Positions 1-13,374 are shown, numbered from the stretch's first letter. The stretch: DNA of 64,000 bases from Paraspadella gotoi (GCA_051294375.1 JBJCIZ010000042.1:62001-126000); one strand, 5' to 3'. Program-made: numbers and translations. The notes: a model not told the origin generated them from the letters alone.

Positions 1-149
1 TTTTAGTATTACAGACCTGTGCAATAAAAAAGAGGACACTCCAAAACATTATGAAATAATAATAAGTATTGATTCTCTTCAGAGGCAATGGGTTTGAATC
101 TTAATCACTGCCACCCGACAATATCATGGGGTTTCCAGGGGTGAGAGAG

Positions 150-1893
150 AGCTTCGCAGAAATACCATGCATTTTTGAAAATTTTGTTCCTGAACTCCTG
201 CAAAGTTTCCTTGTGCCAAAATTTAGTGGAGAAAAACGAATATCACAATCTTGATGGATTTTCCACGCCAGTTTTTTGGCGTCGTACCAACTTCCGGTTT
301 TAAAAAATAAAGGAGTTTTTTGAAAAAAATGAGCTGTTATTCAGCTCACCGCATACTTAAATTAATCAAATAAAGTTATTAATACCTTATTACTAAATGT
401 TTTGTTGTGGTTTTTTAATAAGGTTAAAAATTATTATTAAGAAACACTTCAAATTAGAAATTATTAGTTTTTTTAAGGCCAAATCGTCCCTGACCAAATT
501 ACTTTACAAATTCTAAATAAGATTGTATAAGAAAGTATGATTTGGTTATTATAAATAGAACTCTCTAAGGGATTTTAAATATTTAAGTCCCTTAAGGCCA
601 AATATTGTCTTTAAAGGTTTGCCAAATAATACAAAAAAGAAAGCAGCGATTAGTTAAAAGGCGCCTTGGTCTTTGTGGCTCAGGCAAGCCTCCCACTTCA
701 ATTTTAACGCCTAAAACCTCTCTCCCAACCAAAACCTTAGTCTAGGCCTTTTATTCATTTGCAAGCCTCAATCTTAATATCCCTAGTACAAGCCTTTCTA
801 AGCTTGCTTATAACAAGATTAAGGTATTGTGATATTGCAATTTGGACAGGGCTAAGAAAAGGACAGGAAGCTCGGGTTAGGTGTTAGGGAAAGTACTGGG
901 GGAAGTAATTAAGAATTAAAACTTAGGCTAATTGATGGCCGGGAAGCGGTCAGGGCATGCCTGAGTTGAGTGTGAGGGCCAAGAGGTGAAGCCCTCATGA
1001 GAAGGCTGATGTGAGGGTTGGGTGGAGAGGCTCTGGAGTGATGCAGGGGCTAGGGTGTTCTGGGCAATGAATATTAAAGCGAGAGGATGGCCTAGGTTAG
1101 GGTTAGGGCTAAGGAAGTGGCTCTCTGCAGATTTCACCAGCGCAGGGAAACTGGTGAGTGTTTGGATCAGGGACCAGTTTAGGGTTAAGGGTTGAGCAGG
1201 AAGTACACGATCTTGGGTTAAGGTTAGGGGAAAGGCTGCTGCGGGTAAGACAAAGGCCCACGTTAGGGTTAGGGCTAGGTTAGATATCGCCAAGCCAGGG
1301 AAACTGATTAAGATTAAAGGTTTTGTTTAGGGGCCCGGTTTAGGGTAAGGGTTGAGTAAGATGGGGCTTGGCTAGCTGGCAAAAGGCTAAAGTTGCCTAC
1401 CATCTAATTCGGGCTAGCTGTTTGGCATCAGTTGGTAATCTTTTTAAAAGCCAATATCTTGGTTTAAAGATTAAAGATTTAAAATCCTAAGACAGTTCTA
1501 ATTTGTTTTCAGCCAGATAGTCAAATTTATTATAAATTAGTAAAAGTAAGTTTGGTCCAGCGGCCAATTTGGCTTAAAAGAATTATGAAGTTTTAACTTG
1601 ACGCCCTTTTGTAATAAATATTTTATAACCTTATTATAGAACTAAAATAAAAATGTAATATTAAGGTTATTGGTATCAAATTTTTTTTGATTAATTTAAG
1701 TATGCTGTGCTGAATAACAGCTTATTTATTTCCTAAAACCGGAAGTGGTTCACGCAAAACTGGCGTGGAAAATCCATAATGAGCATCCAGGGAAATTTTT
1801 TTATTGTGATATTCGTTTCTCCACTAAATTTGGCACAGAGAAACTTTGGCAGGTATCAGGAACTTTCATAAATGTATGATATTTCTGGGGAGC
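150..1893. mobile_element. Foldback / long-TIR non-coding element with GGGTTA-rich core
   Basis: About 150-620 is the diverged reverse complement of about 1435-1893 (e.g. gtgccaaaatttagtggagaaa vs tttctccactaaatttggcac; gctgttattcagc vs gctgaataacagc). Weaker pairing extends to ~790/1300. The core 870-1360 has degenerate ggttagggttag repeats. Confidence 0.6.
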
Positions 1894-1902
1894 GCGTATC
1901 TA

Positions 1903-2110
1903 TGTGAAGAGTCTTGATTAACGCTATGAGAACCAAGAACAGGCAAAGTCTATTTATAGCTGAGAAGAGGATCAGCGACACAGGAAGATTTTCCGATTCA
2001 ATCTAGCTTGCGATCTGATTGGTTAGTTGGAATCCCTCGGCGACCAATTGGATTCGTTGATTCCATTTATGAGGCGTTCGCCCGATCCTCTGATCCGTTT
2101 TCGATTCTCA
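1903..2110 (-). mobile_element. Candidate solo LTR (~208 bp)
   Basis: Termini TGTGAA...TTCTCA are near-inverted. The minus strand has two CCAAT boxes followed by TATAAATA. No TSD found. Confidence 0.4.
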
Positions 2111-2646
2111 AAGGTTAAAGTTCCTTTGATTATATTATAAGTGAAAAAATATTCATGGAAAAAAAACTATTTATGTAAAGTTGATTATTATATGGCTATC
2201 CGTTTCTAAGCAATGATTTTTAGTCGGAACTGCATATCGCAGATTCCGACTCTATAATTCACTTTGTCGGTCCGTCTGTCCACCCCCCCAATCTTGTCGG
2301 TCATTCACTTAGATCATCTCAGAACATCAAATTATGATAAATTATGCAAAAAAAATAGTGTCTGTCCGTCCGTCCATCCTCCCGTAGCATTATACTCCAA
2401 TTACTCGTGATTGGATGTATGGATTAGATCGAAATTTTGTGTGTGGGTAGGAAATGTATGATTGAGCTGGATATAAAGTTTCGATGGAATCTTGCAAGGG
2501 AAATTGAGTTTAAATGGAAAAAACATAAGTCACTTTAACTTAAGTCTTTTTTTAATTTTAACTCTGCAGACATTGTGATTAAACTTTCTTAAACCTGTCC
2601 TCACATTTCACCACTGTCCTGTCTCATATCTTTGTTGGCCATTTCT

Positions 2647-2683
<37 letters not shown>

Positions 2684-2727
2684 TCCAAAGTCAATTTGGA
2701 AAACATAAAAATTGTGAATTGTCAAAA

Positions 2728-2767
2728 GCACTGATGAAGGCTTGAATGAAAGCCGAAACTTGTCTGT
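2728..2767 (+). ncRNA. Minimal type I hammerhead ribozyme in a Penelope-like pseudo-LTR fragment (~2560-2815)
   Basis: gca-CTGATGA-a-ggctt(gaatga)aagcc-GAAAC-tt-GTC-tgt contains the full catalytic core, stem II, a minimal stem III and a GUC site, followed by AATAAA. This is the layout known for PLE pLTRs. Confidence 0.75.
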
Positions 2768-2849
2768 ACAATAAAATAAAATTGTTGCTGTATCAAGACT
2801 TTGTCTTTAATTTCAATAATTTTAACTCATAATTACTCGAATCAATAAT

Positions 2850-3308
2850 GGCTAAATACTCTTCGATACCCCTTTGCCGTATGACAGAGCAGCGAATCTC
2901 TCTCGCTCTCTCTGCCTGGATGACTCAAAGTCAGGATCGGGATCGACAAAAACGACAATAATTTGAACGATGGTTTAATTGTTTATGGTTTTTGTTAGGG
3001 ATAAGGTTAGATTAGAGGATAGAGATTAGGGTTAGGCATTAGGGATTACGGTTAGGGATTAGGGTTGTCTTTCCCTATGCTACTTTTACAATAAAAAAAT
3101 TCTGGCTTGTGGGGTGACTCATTGGTTGAGATTGAGATCGACAGAAACAACGACGATAATTTGAACGATGGAGGAAGCAGTTGCGAGGGTGAGAGCGACT
3201 TCGAAGGGAGTGATGATGGAAGCAGCAAAAGATACGAGTTTTGTGCGTGTGTTTGAATTCACTGCTTAAGGAGCCGCAGCAGGGGGGTATCGATGGAAAA
3301 AAGTGCCC
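2850..3308. mobile_element. MITE-like element with imperfect TIRs and internal TTAGGG-like repeats
   Basis: ggct..tcgatacccc / ggggtatcga..gtgccc termini. It is absent from the homologous HINE position at ~38460. Other copies lie at 14175-14645 (inverted) and 55610-55825 (partial). Confidence 0.5.
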
Positions 3309-5320
3309 TTTTTAATTTTTTTAATCCATAATTAATCGATTTATTCTTAATTGGAGGGATACAATGGGATGAAATTTTGTGTGAGGGTAGGAAAGTGTGT
3401 GATTGAGCNNNNNNNNNNNNNNNNNNNNNNNNNATCTTTATCCAGAGTGGAACATGAGTTTTTGCATGGAAAAACCAAAGTCAAGTTGACTTTAAATTTC
3501 TATTATATATCATGCTTACTCATGAATGTTTTAATTAAATTAATTAATTATTAATTAAGTGAATAATAATGATTTAATTAATTACCGTCTAATCGATCGT
3601 GGGCAGATCCCAACATTGTTTTGCTTAAACTTGTTCTATCTCTCATTATAATGTAAATTATCATACTTGCTCTTACATGAATAAATGTTATTTTAGACAA
3701 ATTCCATCTTCTTTTATCGACTTTAGTCATCACGCAATCAAAAGGGGAAATTCTTTTGCGCATCGAGTCAAAACAAAAATGATTTTCGCGATGCCTTTCT
3801 TTACCGATTTTTTTTTCCAGGATTTCTTTTTTCTATATTTTTTTCATCCGTAAATTTTTGGTTAAAAAAAGATTAATCTCCTAAATTACTAGAGGCTTTT
3901 TTAATTAATAAACTCTATACAAAATATCGAAGAATTCAAAATTCAAGTCAGTTGCTTAGGGTAAGAAAAAAGAATAAGAGGAAGGATGAAGCCAGATGAG
4001 TAGCGGTGAAAAATCAGAGAGAAGAAAGAGGAGGAAGAGAGAGAGAGAGAGAGAGAGAGAATCACAGAAAAAGAAACGTGTTTGCAGTTATTTGAAGAGA
4101 GAATTTTTGTAGAGAGGTCGCATGTTGATGCTGCCACAAGAGACACTTTGCAGTATAGTTGCAGCCATCAAAAACCAGAGTCATCAGAATATACGGTGAA
4201 TCCTAAAAATTTATGATAAAACGACAGATTAAAAAGAAAAGTAAATAACAGTTTAAATGCTTTCTTAAAGGATCTCTCAGAAGACTGTTCTCATTTCGTG
4301 CGGGCCATCCGTGAGACATAATCCATGAATCTTCAGTAACAATTGAAACGCTCTTTCATTTCCTCTGAAATTCGCCGTATGCGAACGAAAAATTTTTGTT
4401 CAGGGAAAATCAATAAAATGAAGAAAAGATCACTTAATTCGCGAAATTCAACGCGGTAACTTAAATCTATTCTTTTCGGTTTACCCCCCCCGTTTTATGC
4501 GTGATGCATATGTGTATCCAATGTTTTTTTCATTGTATTCAAATTAATCGTTTATCTACTTTTTTTTAAAACTCTTTGACAGACAGTGAATCAAAACCTT
4601 GACAACGCGATTTCTTTCATATTCAATTGCCTTGGAATTTAGTTGCTAATGTTTCTTACTACGGCCCTTGATGCAACCAATTCTGCATTGAGTGTTCCCA
4701 ATCATAATGTTCGAGTTTCTCATAAATTCCATTTATGCATATTATTTCGCTGTGACCAATTTGAAAAATTTGAGAAAAAAACAAGACACATTCATTATTC
4801 ATCGAATTCATTTCGTTTACTTCGTTAAGTACAGACATCGCGCAAAATAGACACTCTTCGAACTTGAAGCCGTGAATGATTTTACGCAGCATAATTATGA
4901 TGTAGATTTAAATTGCAAAATCCATATATATGTAAGTTGAAAGAAAATCGGTCCATACAGCATTCAAGAGCTTATAGCTCCCGAAAGACAAGGTGCCAAA
5001 AAATAAAATAGAAGAAAAACATTTTTGAAGATCTGCCAAAAACGAGAATACTTTTTAGCTTTAATTTATGGGTCCTTGTATATTATGTTTTTAAAAAAAT
5101 AATGAGAAATCCATGGTGTAACTTAAAAGAAATCGGTACAGTCATTCTAAGAGCTAACAGCATCTCTTAAACACAAGAGGTTAAAATACAACCATCTTCT
5201 CCCTGACCAATTCCTGTCTGATAGCTTCTTTTTTATTAAGTTTGAGCAACAATGTCGGATCTGCCACGTAATTAAGCGGTAATAGATAAATAAATAAATA
5301 AAGATAAATAACTATAGTAG

Positions 5321-5661
5321 CATCACAGATGAATGAAAACCCCGGAAACAGAGGAATAGGATTAAGGAAAGAGGATTCCGGAAGAGGAAGAAGATTCTGG
5401 AATGATTTCGAACGGGATTTAGGAAGCCAAATCCAGTAAAGGAAAAATAGTTTTCGGAAAGAGAAAAGAAGGTTCCAGAAGAGGAAGAGGAGGATTCCGG
5501 AAGAGGAATCTGGCTTCGTCTACATTCCATTATAAATTAGCCTCTGTTTCTGCTTTGATTCATTCTGTTCCGAAATATTGACATCCGTTCTTCTATCTAT
5601 TTCTGTAAAATAAATTCCACTTTTGGTTTCATGCTGAAATCCCTGTCTTCTTACTTAAATG
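5321..5661 (+). repeat. Family A 5' LTR
   Basis: Direct repeat of 12968-13300. Contains ttccggaagagga subrepeats and a TATAAAT box near 5531. Confidence 0.93.
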
Positions 5662-5685
5662 TGGTGAAACAGGAGTGGACTCGAC
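5662..5685 (+). promoter_or_regulatory. Primer binding site, tRNA-Leu-like
   Basis: TGGTGAAACAGGAGTGGACTCGA directly follows the LTR and resembles the tRNA-Leu PBS TGGTGTCAGGAGTGGGATTCGA. The copy is noisy. Confidence 0.55.
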
Positions 5686-5747
5686 ATCCCACCTCTCCAA
5701 AAGAAGAGTCAAGCTTATTCCACTACGAACCACGTAACCCTCAGAAA

Positions 5748-8700
5748 ATGGATTCTCCGGCTCCAAACACTTCCCCGGCCAAAGCCTCATGGAAAAAAAG
5801 GAGCCGCGGCGGCCACCATGAGCGCGCAACAGATGAAAGACGTTGCAGCCACACATGGGGTCGATTCCACAACCTTCGACCTCACGGGACTCTACTCAGA
5901 GCATCAATTAAGGACACACAAGGCGACGCGACGCGCTCAAATCCTGACGCTCATGAAACAATGCAATCTAAAAAACGATCAAAATCATGCAAGAATGACC
6001 AGAGGTTCGAGGAGACGAGAGCAAACTCGGGTCCAAAATGGACGACTTCATGAGATGATGAAACTCATGATGGCTCGTGAAGCAACAACCGTGACATCAA
6101 CACACGGCCAACACAACTGTCACAAACGCACCGCCCCCCTCATCCAACCTCTACCCCCAGTCCCAAGCGCCTCGCCGCCTCCGCTCGCCACAGGAACCAG
6201 TGGACCTTTCACCAACCTAACATTGGTCAAGGAGTACCAATCCGTCGCCGAGGAAACTCCTCGGAAAGCAGGAGAAGGACCCGCCCTCTTACACGCCCCG
6301 TCGAGCAGCCAAATCAGCCTCGAAAGAGGAGAGGCACACGAAGCTCCGGAAGATTTCCTTTTCGTAGCTTTTTAACGAAGGCCTTTAAAGGACTCCCCAA
6401 CACCGGACAAAGTAGATCACGCAGCTGCGCGCCCTCCTGCCGAGATAAGGTTGCAAAGCAGATTCTGGAACTCAATAAACCAGTCCATGTGGCTTGGGAT
6501 TGCGCGGCGCCTGTGGAAAACTCTAGTGAGCATCGCCGAGCCTCCTCGCCGAAAGCGAGATTGAACGTAAATCCTCAGGTTCACGTTCACGGCGAAATAA
6601 CGGCCTCGCTCTGGTAAAACGACGCTAAAAGGAAAACTTTGAGACGGTGCAGGGAGAAGGATAGGGCTCCATACAGACTATGTAGCTCATGATGCTGGTG
6701 GAGGCCTCGAACCCTACGTCCGGAATAACCGCCAGAAAACTCTGGAGTGGGACCCCAAATGTTGGACAGAGGAGTAGACGAGACGCCTCGGGAAAGCAAT
6801 TAGAATTCAAATTGCGCGGCTACCTAAGAAAACGACGGAACACTCCATCAAGGAAACTCGTGCAGACTGTCCTCAGATCGAGACAAAGAGAAGCTCATCA
6901 ATGCTCTCGTTCAGTAAAGGTCAACTGACAAAGACCAAGCAAGCAGCGGCCAACAGGCCTTCTACAAGGGACGGTGCTGCAGGAGATGAATAACATGAAC
7001 GAGAAGATCAAGGAGCTGAAAAGAGAATTGGACAACGCACGACGCCCAAAATCAACAAGAGCACCGCTTCGAAACGTCGAGAATGCCGCAGCCCAAACCG
7101 TAAATTTTGAAAAAAAATTGAGAAAGAGCCGGGATTGGAAAAATGAAAGGAAACCAAGCTGGCGCAGAATAAGAAAAGAAAGAACCACAACACTTTGGAA
7201 GAAGGCGTGATATTGTAGATGTATTAATGAACTTGATATTATCGATCTGCCGATGACGCTAATAAATACGATTCTGATTATTTCCGCGTAAATGGCATAA
7301 AGATAAAAAAAGCGAGACAGCAAAATAAAAGCACTGCAGCAAAAAGATTTAAGAAACAATGCTGGACGCAGCAACTCAGGAAGCTTACCAAAATCTAGGA
7401 AAAAAGATAAATGATAAAACACGCAACAAGTAAAGACAGGAAAACAGAGACACAAATCAAGCCACCTTAGCTTATATGCAAATAAGCTAAAGGGGCAAAT
7501 CCACCGCGTCCCGGATGTACAAAGCTTTTGAAACCCCTTGAATGCTGATGAAAAGCTCTCGCCACGAAACCTTCACAAGATGGGATGGACTCGACTGGAC
7601 AAAGCCGACGCAGGCAGGAAAAAAGGCCATCATTACGAGGTCGAAAGCTGCGAAAAGTGGTCCAAAAAGCAAACCGGTCAAAACTGGTTGAGTTTAATAA
7701 CGGACCATACCAACCCAGCCACAAGAAGAGGAGCCAATAAAAGCCCAAATCAGGCCAAAAGGCAAGGCCAAACCAGCAAAAACGAGAAGGGAAAGACCCT
7801 CCCTCAGGACAACTCCGACCAGCTGGAGATAAGAACCAACCAACTTCGAAATCATCTCGGAAAACAATCATGGCGAATCACTTCACCAGGCAACCATCAG
7901 ACGAGTGGAACTAGAATGTCACCAACCAGAGCATTTTTCTACAACCAAACGCAATGCCAGAACTACCAAAGACGAGAGGGACTTACCAAATCTAAGCCTG
8001 AAAGTCATGACAAAACAACATCAAAAGCAACAAGGACCGCGAACCCAGGGATGACACTTGCCAGAACGTGTCATACAAGGAAAAAAACAGCTATATATAG
8101 CGGTCATTGCAGGAGCACCGGCCAGCTGCCTGTACCGATACAGGGGCATCCTCCGTCATACCCGTTCCAGCACGAAAATTTGGTTGAAAAATGGGCCTGT
8201 CTAAACAAATTTATCACGGAACCTCCACTGCGATTACAACGGCCACAGGGACTAGTAACTCTCACCAGGAGCATAAATCTCAGAATTATGTTTCAAAAAT
8301 AGGATCTTTGAAAACGGTCTTTCTACGTCTCTGCAAGAACGAAACGGACAAGATGTCCATCATTGGAACGGCGATCACGAACCGCTGGACCCCGGACCAG
8401 TTTGTGGTAAAGTCAAAACCATCCAAACCAAGGCAAGATTATAACAGATAGCGTCCATGGAAATAAACCCGTGACCCATCTTTTTACAGTGACGAAAGTA
8501 CGAAAGCCTTAAAGGCCGCCAGAATTGGTGGCCCGGGGAAATGTTGACGAACACATCACAAGTCCAATACATGCCAGACACGATGCAAGACGGAAAGACA
8601 AATTGACTTCCACCAAGACCTACTTGAAAACCTTGCTGTACAAGCGATGGATAAATTGAATCCACGTGACCGGAGAAAATATACACGTCGCTGATGGGAG

Positions 8701-11700
8701 CCAGCTAAGGGAGGGCATCGGCATTCGATACAAGCCCAAGACCCTGGGGAACTGGCAAGACCTCTGATTAAAACGAGGGCAAAAGCTGAGTTGAACTTGG
8801 AAACTGGTTCCACAGCGGAACCAGTGCAAGCAGACCTAACTGGAAGAAAACCCGTACTTAGAAAAGGTGAGGAAAAGGGAAAAGCATTCCGGCCAACTAC
8901 AATTGTTTCATCATAAACCGACAGAAGCAGAAATTAAAGCAGTCGAGGAAGGCCGAAAAAAAGGCAACAAAAAACATGACGCCCGCGAAAAGAAGCTTTC
9001 CTAACCTTTCAAAGACGTTGACCCGTCCTCTCTCCAGGACAAGCAACACTTAGTATGGGAAGTAGTATGGGGAATATCGTGACTCTTCGGGGAGAACGAT
9101 AAATGATTGCAAGAGGGTTTTCACTCAAATTATAAAGTGGACCTTGATACACCACGACGACCTGCCAAACCGAGATTCGCCGAACGCAAGGCCCAGTAAA
9201 AAGGCCGACACTAAAAAGATACCTCGAAGTATAGCGCAAAGGCAGGCATATGTCGGCACAAGAAACGAAGCATATCATGCGTTTCTGATAAAAAAACCAG
9301 GCCACATTGCTGAAGGACAGGATGGAGATGAACGACGAAACATTCGCAAAACAATGGCGACTCATCTGCGATCTCTCCGCGTTAACAACAACATATCGAC
9401 GTATGCAACGGAAACCGCAGCCAATTGCTTCTATCCTAGAACAGTATACAGCCGCACGAGCTGCCAATGCTCCGTTGAATATTCTAGCCTGCTTCCACCA
9501 GGTCAACCTGACTGAGCGCTGCAACAACCCGTGCACAACAAATTCGCCGGCGCAGGTCACAATTGGTGGATGAATAAGCTGCCAATGGGAGGCAGTAAAA
9601 CAGCGTAAATGCTGCTCCGGCGATACTGGACGAGATCTTGCCATGATTCTAGGAACAGACATTAAAAGTTCCCTAGTCTATCGTCGACGACCTCATCCTC
9701 ACAGCAAATCGCCAGAGGACATGGCGCAAAGGCTCCGCGACCTTTTACAAAGATGCGCGAGATGAAAAATGTTGTACTGCAATGGACTAAGACGTCCTCA
9801 CTCAGAAAAAGAGGACATCAAATCCTTGGGTTCAGCATCTCCAAAAGCAGACTCCTTCCTCAGAAAGAGAAGCTTCAAAGCAATCGAGCTCAAGCTCAAA
9901 CACCCTAAGAACACAAAAAGAATTGAGAAGCCATGCTTAAGCGTCACTGCACTACTAACCGGATTGCTTTATCATTCGCTATTCTTCTTATACTTGCCCA
10001 ACCCCTACTCGCCTGACCTACTCGACAAAAAGGATTTCAAGGCTTTCTGATGAAAGCACATCGAAATGCTCCATAATCCTCGTTTGACGAGATCAAGGCA
10101 TGCCCAAGGTATTAAATTTTCTGAACGACGCCAGAATCAAGAAATGGATCCTTATAGAATTTATGCAGATGCCAGCACGAGCGCTATGGGAGGGCTGATT
10201 CACAGCACAAGCTGATGGCATCGAATATCCTTGTCATTTCACTCAAATCCTTCCCTGAAGAATACAGATCAAACACTCACATCTGGAAAACACTGGCGTT
10301 TAATCATGATGGTCCGCAAGTTCAAAGGTTATACATGCGGCAGGACGAGTAACACTAGTCACAGATTCTCATATTTTTACGAAGAGTGTGGACCTCCAGC
10401 ACGACAGAACACAAATGCTTCCAGTAAACAGTCTTAAAGCGTGGATCACCAGAGATACCGGCAGGAGTGCCAACTCAAAGGAAGGTCCATCCTAGTAAAA
10501 AGCGAGGACAATCCGCTGACTTTAACCTCGTTTTCACGGAACAGGGGCAAGTCAACGCCCTTGAGACACTCTTCTTCCCGCCGGCTTTGACGTTGACGGC
10601 GAATATGAAACAGGCTTCGCCGGAAAACCAGTCAGGCACCATGAGACGCCAGAAATCTAGACTTTGGTAACAGGACACGCCCACCCTTGGCGTTAATAGC
10701 GCAAACGCTAGACGAGGAGATTAAAGGCTTCAGAACAAGTTCTTCGAGTTTGTGAGACAAAAAATTTGCATCAGTCAAAAACAACATCGAAAAGCTATAA
10801 AAACGGAAAGGGCCAAAAACAAAGGACGCAGATAACATTTGTCGAGACAATCTCAGCAAAAGGATTGAGGCCTTGGCACCCGAGTTGGAAATGCTGGAGC
10901 GAATGACGGGCCATGACACAATTGTAATGATGGAAGAAAGACTCAGCGCTGCGAGCGGGCTGTAAGTCGAAAGGATGATATGCGACAGACCGACGCATGG
11001 GACACAGAAAAATGAAAATCTCCGAACCTATCACCGGCCAAGTTTAAAGCCCTCATCAGCGACCAGAAATCGGAACATCCCCTCCTCGCCAGTAACCAAG
11101 ATCATCCAACTATTAACCGTAGCAGCCTCAAGCGACCAGAGCAAAGAGGGAGGCCAAAGAAAAAAAGGTCACCAGCTCCACTGGGAAGCATTACCAGAAG
11201 ACCTAGTCCGCATACAAGCCCCAAACATGTCCACACAAGCCAGATCTGATGCAAAGCCGAGCCAAAAATCTCAGCTCAAGTAGAAACATTAAATCAAACT
11301 GGCCTGGAGCGGAAAAAGAGCTGATGGTTCGACAGCTCACTCGAAGCAGACATCGACGCCTCAGAAAATGGAATGGGGAAGAAGCAGCAAACCCACACGC
11401 GAAAGAGAACAGGCTGATGCCATTAGCAACACGCCGTAAAGGAATGGAACAAGAAACGAACTATTTTTAAAGTCTCTCGTCATAAGCACTACATACAAAC
11501 GATCGAGAAACGCAAAAGAGAATCCTAAGCGAAAAGATGAGAAAGAAGACAAACTTGACGAGAGCGATATCTTTTCTAACATACTAACCGATCTCGAGTA
11601 ACGGAGGAAGGAATTCTCATATTAAAAGGATACAAAGTCCGACAGCCCAACATAAGTTCCGTAAGGTCCATCCCAATAAAATCGAGGAGATAGTGAAACA

Positions 11701-12800
11701 AATTCATCAACATTAGGACACCCGGGACGAGACGCACGGCATTCATAGCGCCCAATACGTTACATCACCAGGATTATCAGCGCCGCAAGCAAAATGCTGT
11801 GAGAAACTGTAACAACTGTGCAAAAGCTACAGACGCACAAAGGAACAATGAAACGCCATCCGCCCCAAACCTTGCCATCATCCCCCCTGGGAGTCGCTAA
11901 GGCATCGATTGTGATGTCTCTCCTCCTTCCGGTCGCAGGCTTCAATTACATCCTCGTCGCATCTGACAAGCGTGCGATTATACATGGGGCCATCCCATTA
12001 CGCGTGAGCTTCAGAAAAATTGTTAAACGCTTGGATGAACGAATTTTCCTCCAACACGGCTCATACATGGAATTAAAACTTGATGGCGCCGACCCAGCTA
12101 AACGGAAAAGCTATGAACTCATACTAAACCTACTCGACAGACCACAAGTTGACGGAGAAGGGTGCTGGTCGGAGACAAAGGACAGCAAACAGAGCCGAAA
12201 GGGACATCGGCAGGATAACGCCAGGCACTTCGTAAGGCGTGGAGGATCACCAAGAAAATGGCTAGACCAACTCCCACTTAATGCTGTTTACTAAACGCGA
12301 AACCCAATCATCGGATGGAAAACTGACATGTCGCTATGAGATCACAGGTTTGGACATAGGCCAAGAATTTGTTGAAGCCGCCGATGACTTTACAAAAAGA
12401 ATCTCATCGATTTCATCCGGAAAAGAGAGCCGACGGCAAAGAACAGGCCCGGACGAGGTCTCGGCAGCATCACGAGCGACCACCAACTCCTCACAACATC
12501 GTCAGGGGAAACCCTTACACACAAAAACGACCGCCACGACTTCCCCCAAGGTCGGCCCAGACTCTTGCGTACCCCACCCCCGAGTGACTCATATGGCTGG
12601 ACTACGACAACCGAAAACAAAGTAAAACGGATCTACTACTGGGCCACACAAAGCGTACAACGAGACGGGAATCACTTGTCGTCTCGATTGCCGGCCAAGA
12701 ACCTGAGATACATAGACGAACCGGCTCAAGCTTCACGCACGCATGAGAATAACAAAAATAGAAAAAATTCGGCAACAAACAGACCGTCAACACATGTAAA
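5748..12800 (+). pseudogene. Family A gag-pol polyprotein, frameshifted as assembled
   Basis: Protease LYDTGAS (~8130; clean in the minus copy), RT WRLICDL (~9355) and LVYVDDL (~9675), RNase H IYADAS (~10160), integrase H-x4-H...CxxC (~11705-11822) and catalytic core to ~12300. Confidence 0.88.
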
Positions 12801-12967
12801 TAGAACAATGGAGAATAGATACAGCAACAGCGTAAAAAAAAATCAAAAAACAAAAACACAAAAAAAAAACATTCACTCAAGAAAGTTTTTTTTCAACTAA
12901 AATCTCATCCCTACCAAGCTTCCGACTACCGACTGACCACGTGCGTCTCGCCAGAGGAGGGGGGACG

Positions 12968-13300
12968 CATCACAGATGAATGAAACCCGGAACAGAGAAA
13001 GGATTAAGGAAAGAGGATTCCGGAAGAGGAAGAAGATTCTGGAATGAATTTCGAACCGGGATTGTAGGAGCCAAATCCAGTAAAAGGAAAAATAGTTTCC
13101 GGAAGAGGAAAAGAAGGTTCCAGAAGAGGAAGGAGGAGGATTCCGGAAGAGGAATCTGCTCGTCTACTTGCCGCATTATAAATAGCCTCTGTTTCTGCTT
13201 TGATTCATTCTGTCAAATATTGAACACCGTCTTCTATATACTTTCTGTAAATAATTCCACTTTTGGTTTATGCTGAAATCCCTGTCTTCTTTACTTAATG
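12968..13300 (+). repeat. Family A 3' LTR
   Basis: Preceded by PPT agaggagggggga plus CG, followed by TSD GTAG. Confidence 0.93.
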
Positions 13301-13374
13301 GTAGAATAATTACAAATAAAGTACAATAATTTTTTAACTATTATTATTTTTTCCACTTTAATCTTTTTTTTAAT

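Larger units (their letters stand above)
2222..3635 (+). mobile_element. Non-autonomous Helentron/DINE-1-like (HINE) element with nested insertions
   Basis: 5' palindrome agtcggaactgc..gcagattccgact after a T-run, GTCC/GTCT microsatellite, and 3' subterminal IR gcagatcc-acattgttttgcttaaacttgtt. The same ends recur at 5238, 15297, 37014, 39311-40050 and 40395. Confidence 0.65.
5321..13300 (+). mobile_element. Full-length Ty3/gypsy LTR retrotransposon, family A (~8.0 kb)
   Basis: LTRs at 5321-5661 and 12968-13300, TSD GTAG (5317-5320 / 13301-13304), PBS at 5662, PPT at 12953-12965, domain order gag-PR-RT-RH-IN. Confidence 0.95.

Noticed and set aside
928-1293. 121-aa minus-strand ORF rich in LTLT/PNPN
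   Set aside because: Translation of telomere-like repeats.
5748-12800. Many frameshifts suggesting programmed frameshifting or old decay
   Set aside because: Indels differ between copies and the minus copy is open for 730 aa; consistent with sequencing error.
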